64,000 bases of DNA, taken from the NCBI RefSeq assembly GCF_009914755.1, contig NC_060934.1, one strand, 5' to 3'. This DNA comes from the human T2T-CHM13v2.0 reference genome, Homo sapiens. A model generated the notes under the pieces. That model was given only the letters and a program-made list of their open reading frames with translations, was not told where the DNA came from and ran no database searches. A program made the translations under genes and the position numbers. Every line of letters begins with the position of its first letter. Position 1 is the stretch's first letter. Below are positions 52,051-64,000 of the stretch, piece by piece.

Positions 52051-52110
52051 ATATAATTAGTAAAACTGTTTACTGAATTTTAAAAGTGGTAGTATTAAAA
52101 GTATTGATCA

Positions 52111-52393
52111 AGCTGGGCACTGTGGCTTACACCTGTAATCACAGCACTTTGGGAGGTCAAGGCTGGCTTGACGCCGGGAGTTTGAGACCATCCTGGCCAA
52201 CATGACGAAACACCATCACTACTAAAAATATAAAAATTAGCCAGGCATGGTAGTGAATGCCTATAATTCCAGCTACTAGGGAGGCTGAATCAGGAGAATC
52301 ACTTGAACCCAGGGGGTGGAGGTTGCCGTGAGCTGAGATCCTGCCACTGTACGCCAGCCTGGGCAACAGATCGAGACTCTGTCTCAGAAAAAA
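52111..52393 (+). mobile_element. AluS
   Basis: Dimeric Alu with a small left-arm deletion; TSD-like ttgatca on both sides. Confidence 0.92.
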
Positions 52394-52744
52394 TTGTTTT
52401 GATCAAGTCATTCTAATAATTTCCAGTTATTTGCTATTTATTGAGAAAATTAGCATATTTTTAAGAAAAATAGCAAATTTTGCCTGTAAATTGCATTTGG
52501 GTTGGTTATTTTAGCTGAACTATTCTTTCTGACACATGGTCTGCCATGAGCAGTGACTTCAAACTTTTCCATTACTTTCCACGTAGTTCAACGTCCAAGG
52601 CATTACGTGTGAGTTGAATTCTGTTTTAGCTTATGAGAATCTAAGAGAAATCACATTACATTTTCCTCACATTTCTAATAACATTGACATTATAAAACTT
52701 GTTTGTGTCATGGATCAATTTTTTAAAAATTCAATGATGAGATA

Positions 52745-53008
52745 TTTTTATTTTTTTATTTTTATTTTTATGGATACATTATAGTTGTACATATTTATTG
52801 GGGTACATGTGATATTTTGATACAAACATATAATGTATACCAATCAAATCTGGGTAGTCGAATATCTATTACCTCAAACATTTATCATTTCTTGTGCTAG
52901 GAACATTCCCCATATATTCTAGTCATTTTGAGATAATATAATAAATTATTGTTAACTATAGTTGCCTTACTGTGCTACCAAACTCTAGATCTTACTTCTT
53001 CTATTTAA
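52745..53008 (-). mobile_element. L1MA (MA4-6-like) 3' end fragment
   Basis: gatacattatagttgtacatatttattggggtacatgtgatattttgatac. Confidence 0.8.
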
Positions 53009-55079
53009 TGGGAGATCTTAAAATTTAAATAGTTAGCTTATTATTAATTTCTGTTTAGTTTTTATCCATAGAACATTGTTAAAGTCATTTGTCAGTGTCT
53101 CAATATTTCGTAAATTATAAAAAGAATAAATGTTCTGTTTTATTTTATATCATATGACTTAATTTCTCTGTGATTTCTATATCTTTGCCAGTTTCCTTCA
53201 TTTAATTAAATAGAATCTTCAACAAATCAATAATCATGGTTTAACAACTGAACTATTTCTTTTGAAACAAAATTGGTGTGTCTGGTAGGATGCATTTTAT
53301 GAAAACCAAATAACTCTAGTAAATACATTTTAAAATTATTATTATTTGTTCATTAACTTTCATCAGAGTAAATTTAGAAGATTCCATAAGAATTTCAAAC
53401 CGTTTCATATCCTCTGGCCTCAAGGCTAACCAACAAAGTTTAAATTTTCTTCCACAGTACATTGTTTAAATTTCCTTCCATAGTTCATTGTTTCAATCCT
53501 TGGTGCTTAATTTTCTGTGAAAATTATTTGGCATATAGTAGAAAACATTTAAAATATTTTATTTTTTGTTGTATCAGTCAGAGAAAATTTCATGTGGCAA
53601 ATCAGTGCCAAAATAAAACCTTCAGAAACTTTTCCAAGATTTTGACTAAAACCATCTATTTTTTTCTATAAATTTAATAATATGATGTCTACTATAATCC
53701 AATAATTTTTCACTCATAGTTTTTTACCAGATGGAAATTTTGAAGCACAAACAAATCTTTGATACATAATTTCATATGCTGATGCTTCTGGTTCCATGAG
53801 ATTAAAAATTGAAATTATCTTAAGGTCTGAATTTTACATTTTAAGGAAACGATTTAAACACATTTATTTATAAGAAGTAAATATTCATAGATTATTATTG
53901 AAAATGCATTATCTTAATTGTTGATTTTTAAAATTTAATTTTCTCATGAAAATAGATACCTATTTTTAAAGCAGGTAAAGCATATATCTATCTATTAATA
54001 TTGTTTTCAAGCCTTAGTAAATCATAAGTGTCTGAAAGTGCATGGTTATTTTTAACTATTAAGTACATATGGTTAAAAATTGTCATCTTAGTTTCTGTGT
54101 TATTTGTTTGCTTTTTTAACATTCTTGAAAAACTAATTTGCTTTTTAGCATAGTGTTTTAATTAAAAATTTAATTTGTTTACATCATTTCTTCATTAATG
54201 ATTGCACATTTTGCCCATTAAAATCTGTACCTTAAATCAAATACAATTCTATTCTGATGAAATATCTAAGTATCAGCACTTTTAGGTTTTATTGATATAA
54301 CTTTTGAGCACCATTTGCCTTCAACATTATGTCACCAGCAGTACAACTTCACTCACATATAGTTTTGAAATATATTTGTTCAATTTTACTGATTCTTATA
54401 GACAAAATATAGTCCTGCCTATTCTGATTTCTATGATGTCATAAATTTTCCAGACTATTTTTGTTACTAATATCATTGCTTTTCCCCCAAGCCATTTCAA
54501 AGATGTAAATTTTTTCTTAATGTTTTATTAAAGATTCTCCAATTTATAAATATATGCATTGCATAGTGAGTACTTACACAAGTGCTGTCCATGTGGATAT
54601 TAAAAGCAATGAAAAAGATATTTTATCCAGGAGTAGTAGAAACAACTAAATAATATGAGTATAATAAAACTGATAATTCTAATAATACTACAGTTTAGAA
54701 CATATTACAAAGAATGTGTAGTTCAATCATTCTGTCTATGTGATCTCAGATCAAATAGATCAGAAGATTTGCTCATGATTTTACCGCTGACCTCAGTAAC
54801 TATTTACCAAGTGGTACAGAAATACGTTAAACAAAAGCCATACCAGTGCTTACTGGCTGAAAACAAATCATGGCATGGTCTGTCATTTCCATGACTCCCT
54901 CCTCGAAATCATTCACTGTTGAATCCATTGATATCCCAGGTAAACAATCCCAACAATCTGTCATCTAACTTTGTTATATGAACTCTTTGAGAGAATGTTT
55001 GTTTCTTAAACATTGGGATAACTGTCAAAATTAGAATAACCTTCCCTGATATTTTTATTCTCTTCCTCTAACTCTGTTA

Positions 55080-57120
55080 GTTTTTCTTTCTTTCTTTTTT
55101 TTTAACAGCCTTATCATTTGGAAGTTTGATTTTCAGTTTTTTTTTGTATATTTTGGAAAATAGGCTTCCAAGAAAAATCTCCTCAACATTCTTTTCAGCT
55201 GCAACCCGTATGTTTTGATTTCTTCTTATACTTATGACTATCCAGTTAAATATTTTCTTCTTTCTGCTGTAATGTTCTTTTGTGGCGCATGAATTATTCA
55301 ATAGTGTAGTCTTTATTTCCATGCAATTGAGAATTTTCTAGTTATCTTTCTGTTATTAATATCCACCTTAATTCCATTTTAGTCCAATATATTCTTGACA
55401 ATTTCGATCTTCTGAGATTTTCTGATTGATGACTGAAGATATGGTCAGTTCCAAGAAATAGCTCAGATATACCTCATAATAATGTATGTCTCAGTTGTTT
55501 GTGACTTCTGAATACTCCCTGATACATTCACCTGCCTATTTTATTAGTAATTATGAGTGTTAAAATCTCTTACTATGATCGTGTACTTGCTTATATCTCC
55601 TCTCAATTCTGTCAATTTTTGCTGTATATATTTGAAGCCTTGTTATTGGCTACATATAGATTTAAAATTACAACAGCTCCTGGTGAATCATCTACTAATC
55701 ATAAAGCGTCCCTTTTTGTTTTAGGTAATCCTTCTTTAATTGAACTATTCTTTATATGCTGTTCATACAAGTAACCTAGATTTCTTTTGTTAGTGTTTTT
55801 GTGGTATACCTTTTCTTATGTTTTTACTGTCAACATTACCAACTCCTATATTTAAGTTTTGTGTCTTATAATGTGCAACATTATTCTTCTTTTCTCGATC
55901 TCTCTTGATTCTTAGTTAGAATACTTAATTCAGCAAAATTTTAAAATAGTTTTTTCCACCAAAATATTTATTTCATAATACTGGGAGCATTTATATCTTT
56001 TGTATATTTTAGTCAAATATTTATTTTCTCGCATTAATTTTTTACTTATGGACTCACTCTACTATTTTAGCAAAAATTTTAACATGGAATCTCACCTTAC
56101 AGAATCTTACATGTAGATTCATACAGAATCTCATTTTATATTCTTAACATTTCCGAAGATGGTGATTCTTTATCTCAACTTACCACCCTGTACCTTTTGC
56201 ATTTTTTTTTGCCCTGCACTGAAACACCATAGGGCCACTAATAATATTAATTTTGCAGGTCAATATTTAGCCAGTGGTCAATTTTATGTAGTTACATAAT
56301 AACCCTCACTGTTGATCTTTGTTCTTTCCTATAATTTTATCTTAACTCTTAGCTCATTTTCTTTCTGCTTGAAGAACTACTTTTAGTATTTCTCTTAGTG
56401 TAGGTTTTCTGGTAAAAAAAATTCTGAGTTTTTCTTCATCATAAAATCATTATTTCATTTTCACTCTTGAAAGGTGTTATTGATTCTGGTTTGGTAATTA
56501 CTTTCTTTCAGGACATTGAGATGCCTTTTCATTTTCTTCTGGATTCCAAAATTTTTGTTCAGTATTAAGTTTTAGTTTTAATGATACTCCCTTAAAATTT
56601 ATTTTTTATTATTCCTTTTTTTTTCTGGCTGCTGCTTTTTTTCCATCAATCTATTTTACACCCACGTGTTTCCCTTGCACTGATCCTATTGGAGATTTGC
56701 AGAACACTGTGCATTGCAGAATCTATCAAGTTCCTTGGTTTTGTAAAGTCGCCAGCTATTTTTTTTCAAATAGTACTTCTGCCTCATTTACTTGTTTTTC
56801 TTCTTGTGTATGATAATTGCATGTATGTTAGATCTTTTTCAAACATGTCCATGTATCTTTATTGTTCCCTTCTTCTTACCCATTCTTTATTTCCTGTGTT
56901 TAACTCTAATATGTTCTGTTGTCCCAAATTTCCTTTCACCATTGTCTCATCTACTGTTGAATACATTATTACCAGGGCCTTTATTTTTGTTATTGTACTT
57001 TTAGTTCTAAAATTTGACTTTTATTTTTAGATTCCAATTCCCTGGAGAAGTTCTCCACATTTTTATCTGTTTCATTTGCTGTAATTCTCCAACTTGTTGA
57101 ACAATTTGATTATCATAATT
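55080..57120 (-). mobile_element. Old L1ME remnants (ORF2 N-terminus / ORF1 region)
   Basis: ctcaattctgtcaatttttgctgtatatatttgaagccttgttattggctacata and ctgcttgaagaactacttttagtatttctc are antisense L1ME motifs. Confidence 0.65.
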
Positions 57121-57484
57121 CCATAGAACTTTTCAGAATACTTCACTCCAGCAGGTGACTGCATAATTGTGGGCACAGGCCCTGTGCTCATTACATGGAA
57201 CGTGGTGGTAAGTGAAGTATAGACATGGTCTTAGTCCTAATGGATATTCTGGTATAGTGGGAGAAGGTAACATGTTCTGTGTACTTTTTATTATACAGAT
57301 TGTTTGAGTAACACCACATTATTAATACTCAAATGTCATCTTTACAACATGAAGAGAAACCATTACAAATAAAAAAACTAATATACACAGTAAGAGGAAT
57401 AAACTAAGTAAAATATATCAGTTATTGGAATATAATTAGAAATATAAAGATTACTTTTAAACTTTTATACCTCCATTAGTTTTC

Positions 57485-57942
57485 TTAATTAAAAAAATGT
57501 CCAAACTTACTGAGGTATAATTGAGAAATAAAATTATATGATTTTAAGATCTATGACATGATGATTTTTTGTGTATATATGGTAATGTATATACTGAAAA
57601 GATCACCATCATCAATGTAGTTAATAACACAACTATCACCTTACCCGGTTACCTTTTTGTTTTGTTTTGCCTTGCCTTGTGGTTAAGACATTTAAGTGAA
57701 TTTCAAGTACATAATTCAGAGTTGTTAGCTACAGTCACCATGCCGTATGTTAGATTCCCAGAACTTATTCATCTCAGAAGTGAAAGCTTGTGCTCATCCA
57801 CCAACAACTCCCCATTCTCCACCCCTGCTCTCTGCTTCTATGAGTTCTTTTGTAGATCCACATACGGGAGGGTATTTGTCCTTCTGTGCCTGGCTTATTT
57901 CACTTAACATAATGTGCCTAGGTTAATCCACATTGTAACAAA
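57485..57942 (-). mobile_element. L1MA9-like 3' end fragment
   Basis: tactgaggtataattga...agctacagtcaccatgccgtatgttagattcccagaacttattcatct. Confidence 0.8.
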
Positions 57943-59329
57943 TAAATACAATTTATTTAGCTCTGAATATCATAAAATATCATAAATACAATTTTAGTTT
58001 TGACAATACCTTAACAATATTTCTAACTCTGTTATTGTTTATAATATTGGGTAGAAACTGAGAACAATTTTAAACTTTCTTAGTTTTATGTGTCTTTTAG
58101 TGTTACATGACTCCAATTATTTCTGAAAAGGAGAAGAGCTGAGAATGCAAAGTCCAAATTTACACTTGTAAGTATATGCTTGTGATATATTAAAAATAAA
58201 GGGCTTCCTATCCATTTTTAAGCCCTAGCCCAAATGTCACTTCCTTCAAAATGTTTTCTATAATGTTTTTCACCAAAATTTGCCTTTCTCCACCTAAAAC
58301 CGTACTTTTGATAATACAGTTGTCAGCATATAGTCCGGCATTTATTTATTCTCGACTTGTGTGGACTTATGTTGTTTGAAACTTTTTTGAGTGCTGAACA
58401 CATTTTCATCTTTTTCCCTAATCATATTTCTTGATAAGTTCCACTGACCTTCTGCTGTGCTGTGTGTTGCTAACCGGCACTCTCAGTGCATGCCAGCTGC
58501 TCATTGTGTGTTTGGAGTCCACACACAGGCACCACAACAAGCCTTTAGATTTATCCAGCTGTTCTAGCTCACACAACTTTAAAAAAACATTTTCCTGCAT
58601 GTTTTACATCCAATATCGTGAAATCCCTGCTGTGGGTCTCCATTTATAGGCATATGGGACTCTTCTTCTATCACTACTGGGGTTGGCGTCTATGTATATA
58701 TTACATAAATAAGGGCAAGAGACTGCCTGGATGCAGTTAGAAAATGGGAGTGGATAAATAACTGGGTAAGAAGCAGTCGAGTGGGCTCCATCCACAACTT
58801 TCTCCCTACAGCGTCTTCCCAAAGTGTGTGCTTATTCTCTCAATTTTTTTTTATTTCCTCTATATAGGGACCTCAGATATTGTCACAAATCTCAGTGTAA
58901 TTTTGTGTTGCATGTTTTTGAAATTTTTGGAAAAAAATAAGAATGGTTCCACTATTTGAAAAGAAATCCGTCAGGAAAAGTTGTCTATAAAAAACTCAAA
59001 AGGCACATTGAGATTGTATGTGTTATGTATATATTAGGTATATGTTTTTATTTTATTTGAGTTCTTTACCTGTCAATTTTAAGAAAACTGGAAGTACAGT
59101 GAAGCAGTCAAAAGTTAAATTATATGGAAATTCACTTAAGATGATTTCCTTGTTTTAAGCACTTGCATCTCTTTCTGGGTGGGCATGAGAAAGAGGGTGT
59201 GGAAATTAGCTTTTGGATGGCATGGGATTGAACAAGATCAGCTTAGTGAGGAAAGTGCTGAAAAGCAAACTTGCATCTGCCAGAACATTCCCGTTAATGG
59301 ATGTAGCCTTTTCTAATCCTTTATCCTGG

Positions 59330-59570
59330 ATGTGCAATAATGCAATGCCCACCCGGAAATTAAAGCTTTAAAATGACAGCTATGAATTATATTGATGGAT
59401 AGTAAAGAAGATGACAAAAATGCATTTCTAAAAATTATTTTGCAAAGACTCTCCATCAGGTTCTATGGAAGACAATTTGCAAGGGGTAATTACAGTTGCG
59501 TGAACGCCCTGGTCCTGTGCTTTGGTACAAGCAAAGCATTGAACTAATTAAAGAGATACACTGTGGGAGC
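59330..59570. promoter_or_regulatory. Candidate developmental enhancer (motif cluster in repeat-free DNA)
   Basis: CCGGAA (59353), TGACAG (59374), TGATGGAT (59393) and two TAATTA sites. Motif evidence only. Confidence 0.3.
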
Positions 59571-61830
59571 TGCCAATACTGAGGAAAATGTCAAGGTTCA
59601 AATTTTAAGACCAAATGAATATATTCAAATTCTTAGACTACATCATCGTGGAACTCAGTGTCGATGCAGTTTTCAAAATTAAAGTTGCATAAAGTTGTCA
59701 TGTTTAAGGAGATAACAAAATAATTTGGTCAGTCACTAAAATGCTATACAATTAAAATGAAAAGTAAGACAGTGTGTGAAAGCTGTTACCTAGCTCATAT
59801 TCTCACACTTTCCCCAATTTGTTACTGCCTGAAGGAAAATTCATGTTAGGGAGCATGACATTTTAATGATTTGCCTTCAGACTGATGAGTCACATGTACA
59901 TTGAACACTTTCATCAAAATTCATGAACTTGGCAACATTAGTGTCATTTTTAATACAGCGAATAAAATGTGACCTACCCTAATTATAAAAAAAAATTGTG
60001 ACTCTGATAGATACCCTGCAAAATCAACCTTATTAAATGCCACTTGTTGCTAATTGTGTTTTTACAGACAATGACCTGTTAGCTCTTCTTAATTCAGCAG
60101 CTTGACATTGTTGTTTAATAAAATTATACGTGAAGATAGTGATTTTTACAATTGTGCTTTGGTTGTCAAAGTGCATTTTCCCCTACTCCCAGTCCCACAA
60201 GACATATGATTGAATCAACTTTCCATTTGATCAACATGTTGTTGCTCCATTGCTAACATAAATTTACTATAGTTGGGAACCACAGTCTTCCTGTTCATCT
60301 ATCAGAGACCAGTGCAGTGATAGAAGAAGCATTAAGTTATCACTTTAAGGTATAAAAAAAGCTATATAGACTGAACAACCAAGTTGATTATGCTAAGACA
60401 GGAATTTAATAAAATCGTTCTTCTCACCTTTACATAGACATACATGAAACATATTTATGAGTATAATAAAATCCATGCATGTATACAAAAGACTCATCTA
60501 CCTTACGAAAACAAAGATGGCAAGTTTTCAGAATTAAGTACAGCAATTGGTCAGTTAGTGAATATTTTATTTTCATGTTTAATCAGAGGGCACCATAAAA
60601 TAAGACCTATTTATATGTATAGTTCTGAACTTCAAATTACAAATTGCAGCAAGATTATCTAATTGACTGTATATACCTTTTTGTCTCTTGGGATTTAAAT
60701 TCTTTCTCTAACATCTCCATGCAAATAACTACTTTCTCCTTAAATGGCTGATGCTGGCTGGTGAGAAACCAGGCTGGACTGGGGTGAGTCCTTTGTGTAA
60801 ACTCCTCATTGGCTTCTAGGCCGTCTGCTCTCTCCCTTGCCACACTCCCTGTGCCCTGCCCTGCTCTGAGGTTTAAAATGCCCTTACTCTCTGGGTGCAG
60901 GCCGACACCCTTCCTGACGCCCACCTTATTTCTCAATGAATGCATAGGAGCAATCACATACATGCCTTCTTTTCATTGTATTTATTTTCTAATGGATATG
61001 GTTCTTTAAGTCAGATTTAAAAAATTGCTGGAGGGCTGAGACTTTATGTGTTTTTATTTGTAGCACTTGCCAAAACGGTTGGTGCCCCCTTGGGAATTAA
61101 TATATTTCATCTCTTAAAAACACTACTAAATAGGCTTGCAATGACAAACAAAATCTCTGCTTTGTCGAGGAGTCTGAATTGACTTCCTGCAGAGAGAAAT
61201 CCCCACACCCCGTTTCAAATAACGTTGGTTCCTCTGGGGAGAGCTGTGGGTCTGTCTGTTCTCACCGCCTGCCTCTGCTTCTGGCAAAATCTCTGAGCCA
61301 CTTCTCCCAAGCTGGTGCAGGGACGGTGGCCACTTCTCTCAAAGTGACACCTGCTTTATGGGCGGAGCATGGGCCAGGTGAAGCAGCTTCAAGTTTTCTA
61401 ATTTGGATTTCTGTGTGCAACCTCCATCATCCAGGCCCACCAGGGTGCAGGGGACCTGAGTTCCGATGTTCCTGGCTTGTCTTCCCTGGAGTCGAGTCTC
61501 TGTCCTCTGAGAGGGCCCTGGGGGGACAAGGCAGCCCCAAACTCTCGAGGAACTTGTCCTCTGCATCACGTAGTTGTGGGGGATGAGAAAGGCTGGAGAC
61601 CTAACCTCCCACGGAGGCGCCAGACCCTTGTTTAGGCTCTGCAGGGTGTGTTCTGTCCCATCTACTCTGCGCGCAGTCCCAAGGAGGGGCTCACCTCACT
61701 GAGCTGAGGGCTGCAGGGAAGAGTGAAGCCGACTCTCGCTGCTGTTGCAAACTGCAGCCAATTTCATCAATAGATGTTTCTTTATTAGCCATACACTCGG
61801 ATAATTTCTGGACACCTAAGAATTTTTTAA

Positions 61831-62119
61831 GGCCGGGCGCAGTGGCTCACTCCTGTAATCTTAGCTCTTCGGGAGGCTGAGGTGGGTGGATCACCTGAGG
61901 TCAAGAGTTCAAGACCAGCCTGGGCAACATGGTGAAACCCTGTCTCTACTAAAAATACAAAAATTAGCTGGGCGCAGTGGTGCCTGACTGTAATTCTAGC
62001 TACTTGGGAGGCTGAGGCAGGAGAATTGCTTGAGGAAGAGGTTGCAGTGAGCTGACATTGCGCCATTGCACTCCAGCCTGGGTGACAGAGCAAGACTCTG
62101 TCTCAGAAAAAAAAAAAAA
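61831..62119 (+). mobile_element. AluS
   Basis: ggccgggcgcagtggctcac start, A tail, small right-arm deletion at gcttga|ggaagagg. Confidence 0.95.
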
Positions 62120-64000
62120 TATTAATTAAATAATTTTTACTAGTGTGGTTGTTTTTCTGGAGCTTGGTTCCCTGAAACTCTATATACTGCCTTCGGGAAT
62201 GCATGCCCACCAGTCTTACTTGGAAGCAGTGTTTGCTTTGTCTTCTCTTTACTGATGGGGTTCCTCTAAAATTCCCGATATATATTTTTTCTTAATTCAG
62301 GAGTGCTTTGGCTTGTTTCAGTTTGAAATCTAAAGATTCACATTTGTATTGCTTTGTTTCAGTCATTAGAGTGTCTGTCCCAAGGTGGTCATGTTCATAT
62401 TTATAAAAACTTGAAGCAATCTTCATTAGTTTCCAGGATAAAAATATTGTCTAATTGAAAAGGAAGTTAAAGAGAATTGTAAGGAAAAAGTAGAAATATA
62501 AATGAGCAAGGATTATGTTAACAATTTTCTATTTAAAACTAGTTGCTATTAAGTCAAATGAGTAATGGAGATTGGGTATTTAGGTGTAATAAATATTATC
62601 ATTTTTAATGTAAGTCTATTTAATATAAAAAATAAAATGCCCAATTTTATAAATCTATAAGTTCAAATTTGCTGAGTTAAGAATCAACTACTTTAGTTGT
62701 AGCCTTATCTGTGTATAACAAATTTATATGTATCTGGACATTAAATTTATTGAGACATTAAATTTACTGAGACATTTCCTTGTCTTGATCTTTGATACTC
62801 ATTGCGCATTACAGAGAGCTTCATACACAATAGCTTTGCAGGGGCTTAATTTTTTGTATAAATAGCTCTTCAGGAAAAAAAAAGTAACTTTCTTACCAAC
62901 ATTTATGTTGAGTCAAGATTAACTAAAATATATTTAATTATCATCTAACTCCAACAATTTACTTAGAGCCACGATAATATTCTCCAGGGAATAAAGAGAT
63001 GTGCACTTTTAGATGGTACAAAATATTCCGTTTCAGAAAAGGATCCTCCCTGTGAAGGTGCACTCTCTCCACTCCACCGTGGCTGCTCAAAATCTCTCAG
63101 CGCAATTTCTGGGCCAGAGCCCCACATTCTGGAAATTTCCTGGCCTGCATACACTTCCTTGCCTCTTTTTTTTTTTTTTTTTTGTCCTTGTCAGGGGCGT
63201 AATCTACTTTAGATGTTTAGCCAATCTTATAATTAATCTGACCTGTTATGTTACCAGAATGCTATATTTTACTTCTTTTTTTTCTTTTCTGCCAGGTGAG
63301 ACTTTTTATTTTAATTTGCTATTCCAATCTCAAACCAGAGACCAACTTGATCATGAGGACATTAAGAACAACCTTAGAAGCAGAATATTTTTAAAGAATT
63401 GCCTGGAATATTATAAAGAGTTATATAATTATATTATGAAGTCTTATACTCCTTCCAACCCCGTGTTTTCAGCTAACACACAATAATTGAGCTTTTATTA
63501 AGTTCAAAGCCTTGCAAATTAAATGAATAAATAAATGAAAGAATAAATCTCTAACAGGATGTACTCATGGGCTTTCAGAGTCTAGTAAAGTCAACCCTAT
63601 ATAAATCTATGGAAGAAACTGTGTTGCATAACAGATGCTTATGTTTGATTGATTTAAATTAAATACTTGTACAACTGATGTTTGTTTAAGGCTATTTATA
63701 AAAAAGAAGAAACATAAACCAAGTTAACTAGAATCTGAGTTTCTTGTTCATCTTTGAATGCCATTCTCCTAGTACAGTTGATAAAAATAATGAGTTTAAT
63801 TCATGTTTGAAACATGAATAAATGACTAAACCAATTGTGATAAGCAAAAACACTTGTATTGAAATCAGAACAGCTATATGTGATTATATACACGGTTTTG
63901 TGTATATGTATACACACAAATGTTAAAAGTTAAATTTTATCATTTCAGTCTCATTAGAAGGCTTTTTCTTCAAATGGTATAACTCAGTTCACCTTTCTTG

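Noticed and set aside
57165-57270. Possible L2 fragments here and near 58220-58270
   Set aside because: Resemblance too weak to list as features.
63013-63486. 157-aa ORF and 135-aa ORF at 61179-61586
   Set aside because: No domain similarity; the first runs through poly-T tracts; lengths are compatible with chance.

Overview
Primate (human-like) non-coding genomic DNA, either intergenic or a long intron. The evidence is 14 Alu copies or fragments (J/S/Y types), L1PA/L1PB/L1MA/L1MC/L1ME fragments, a near-complete Tigger1, MER2, MER44, MaLR and ERV LTRs, MIR, several minisatellites and microsatellites. I find no credible protein-coding exon, RNA gene or CRISPR array. The longer ORFs in the track come from repeats or low-complexity sequence. 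Repeat family names are from my recall of consensus sequences, so subfamily calls are approximate and should be confirmed with RepeatMasker/Dfam. Signals the repeat annotation does not explain: (i) a perfect 31-bp inverted repeat at 31807-31925; (ii) a ~100-bp inverted copy of apparently unique sequence (34748-34857) inserted into an L1MC 3.8 kb away; (iii) several smaller template-switch-like scars; (iv) a three-copy ~80-bp module separated by GA-rich spacers; (v) a 92-bp minisatellite with A-B-A-B higher-order structure; (vi) a twin-primed L1 with a possible mini 3' transduction; (vii) a repeat-free block with MEIS plus PBX-HOX motif grammar. I cannot demonstrate a new biological system from sequence alone; these are leads.
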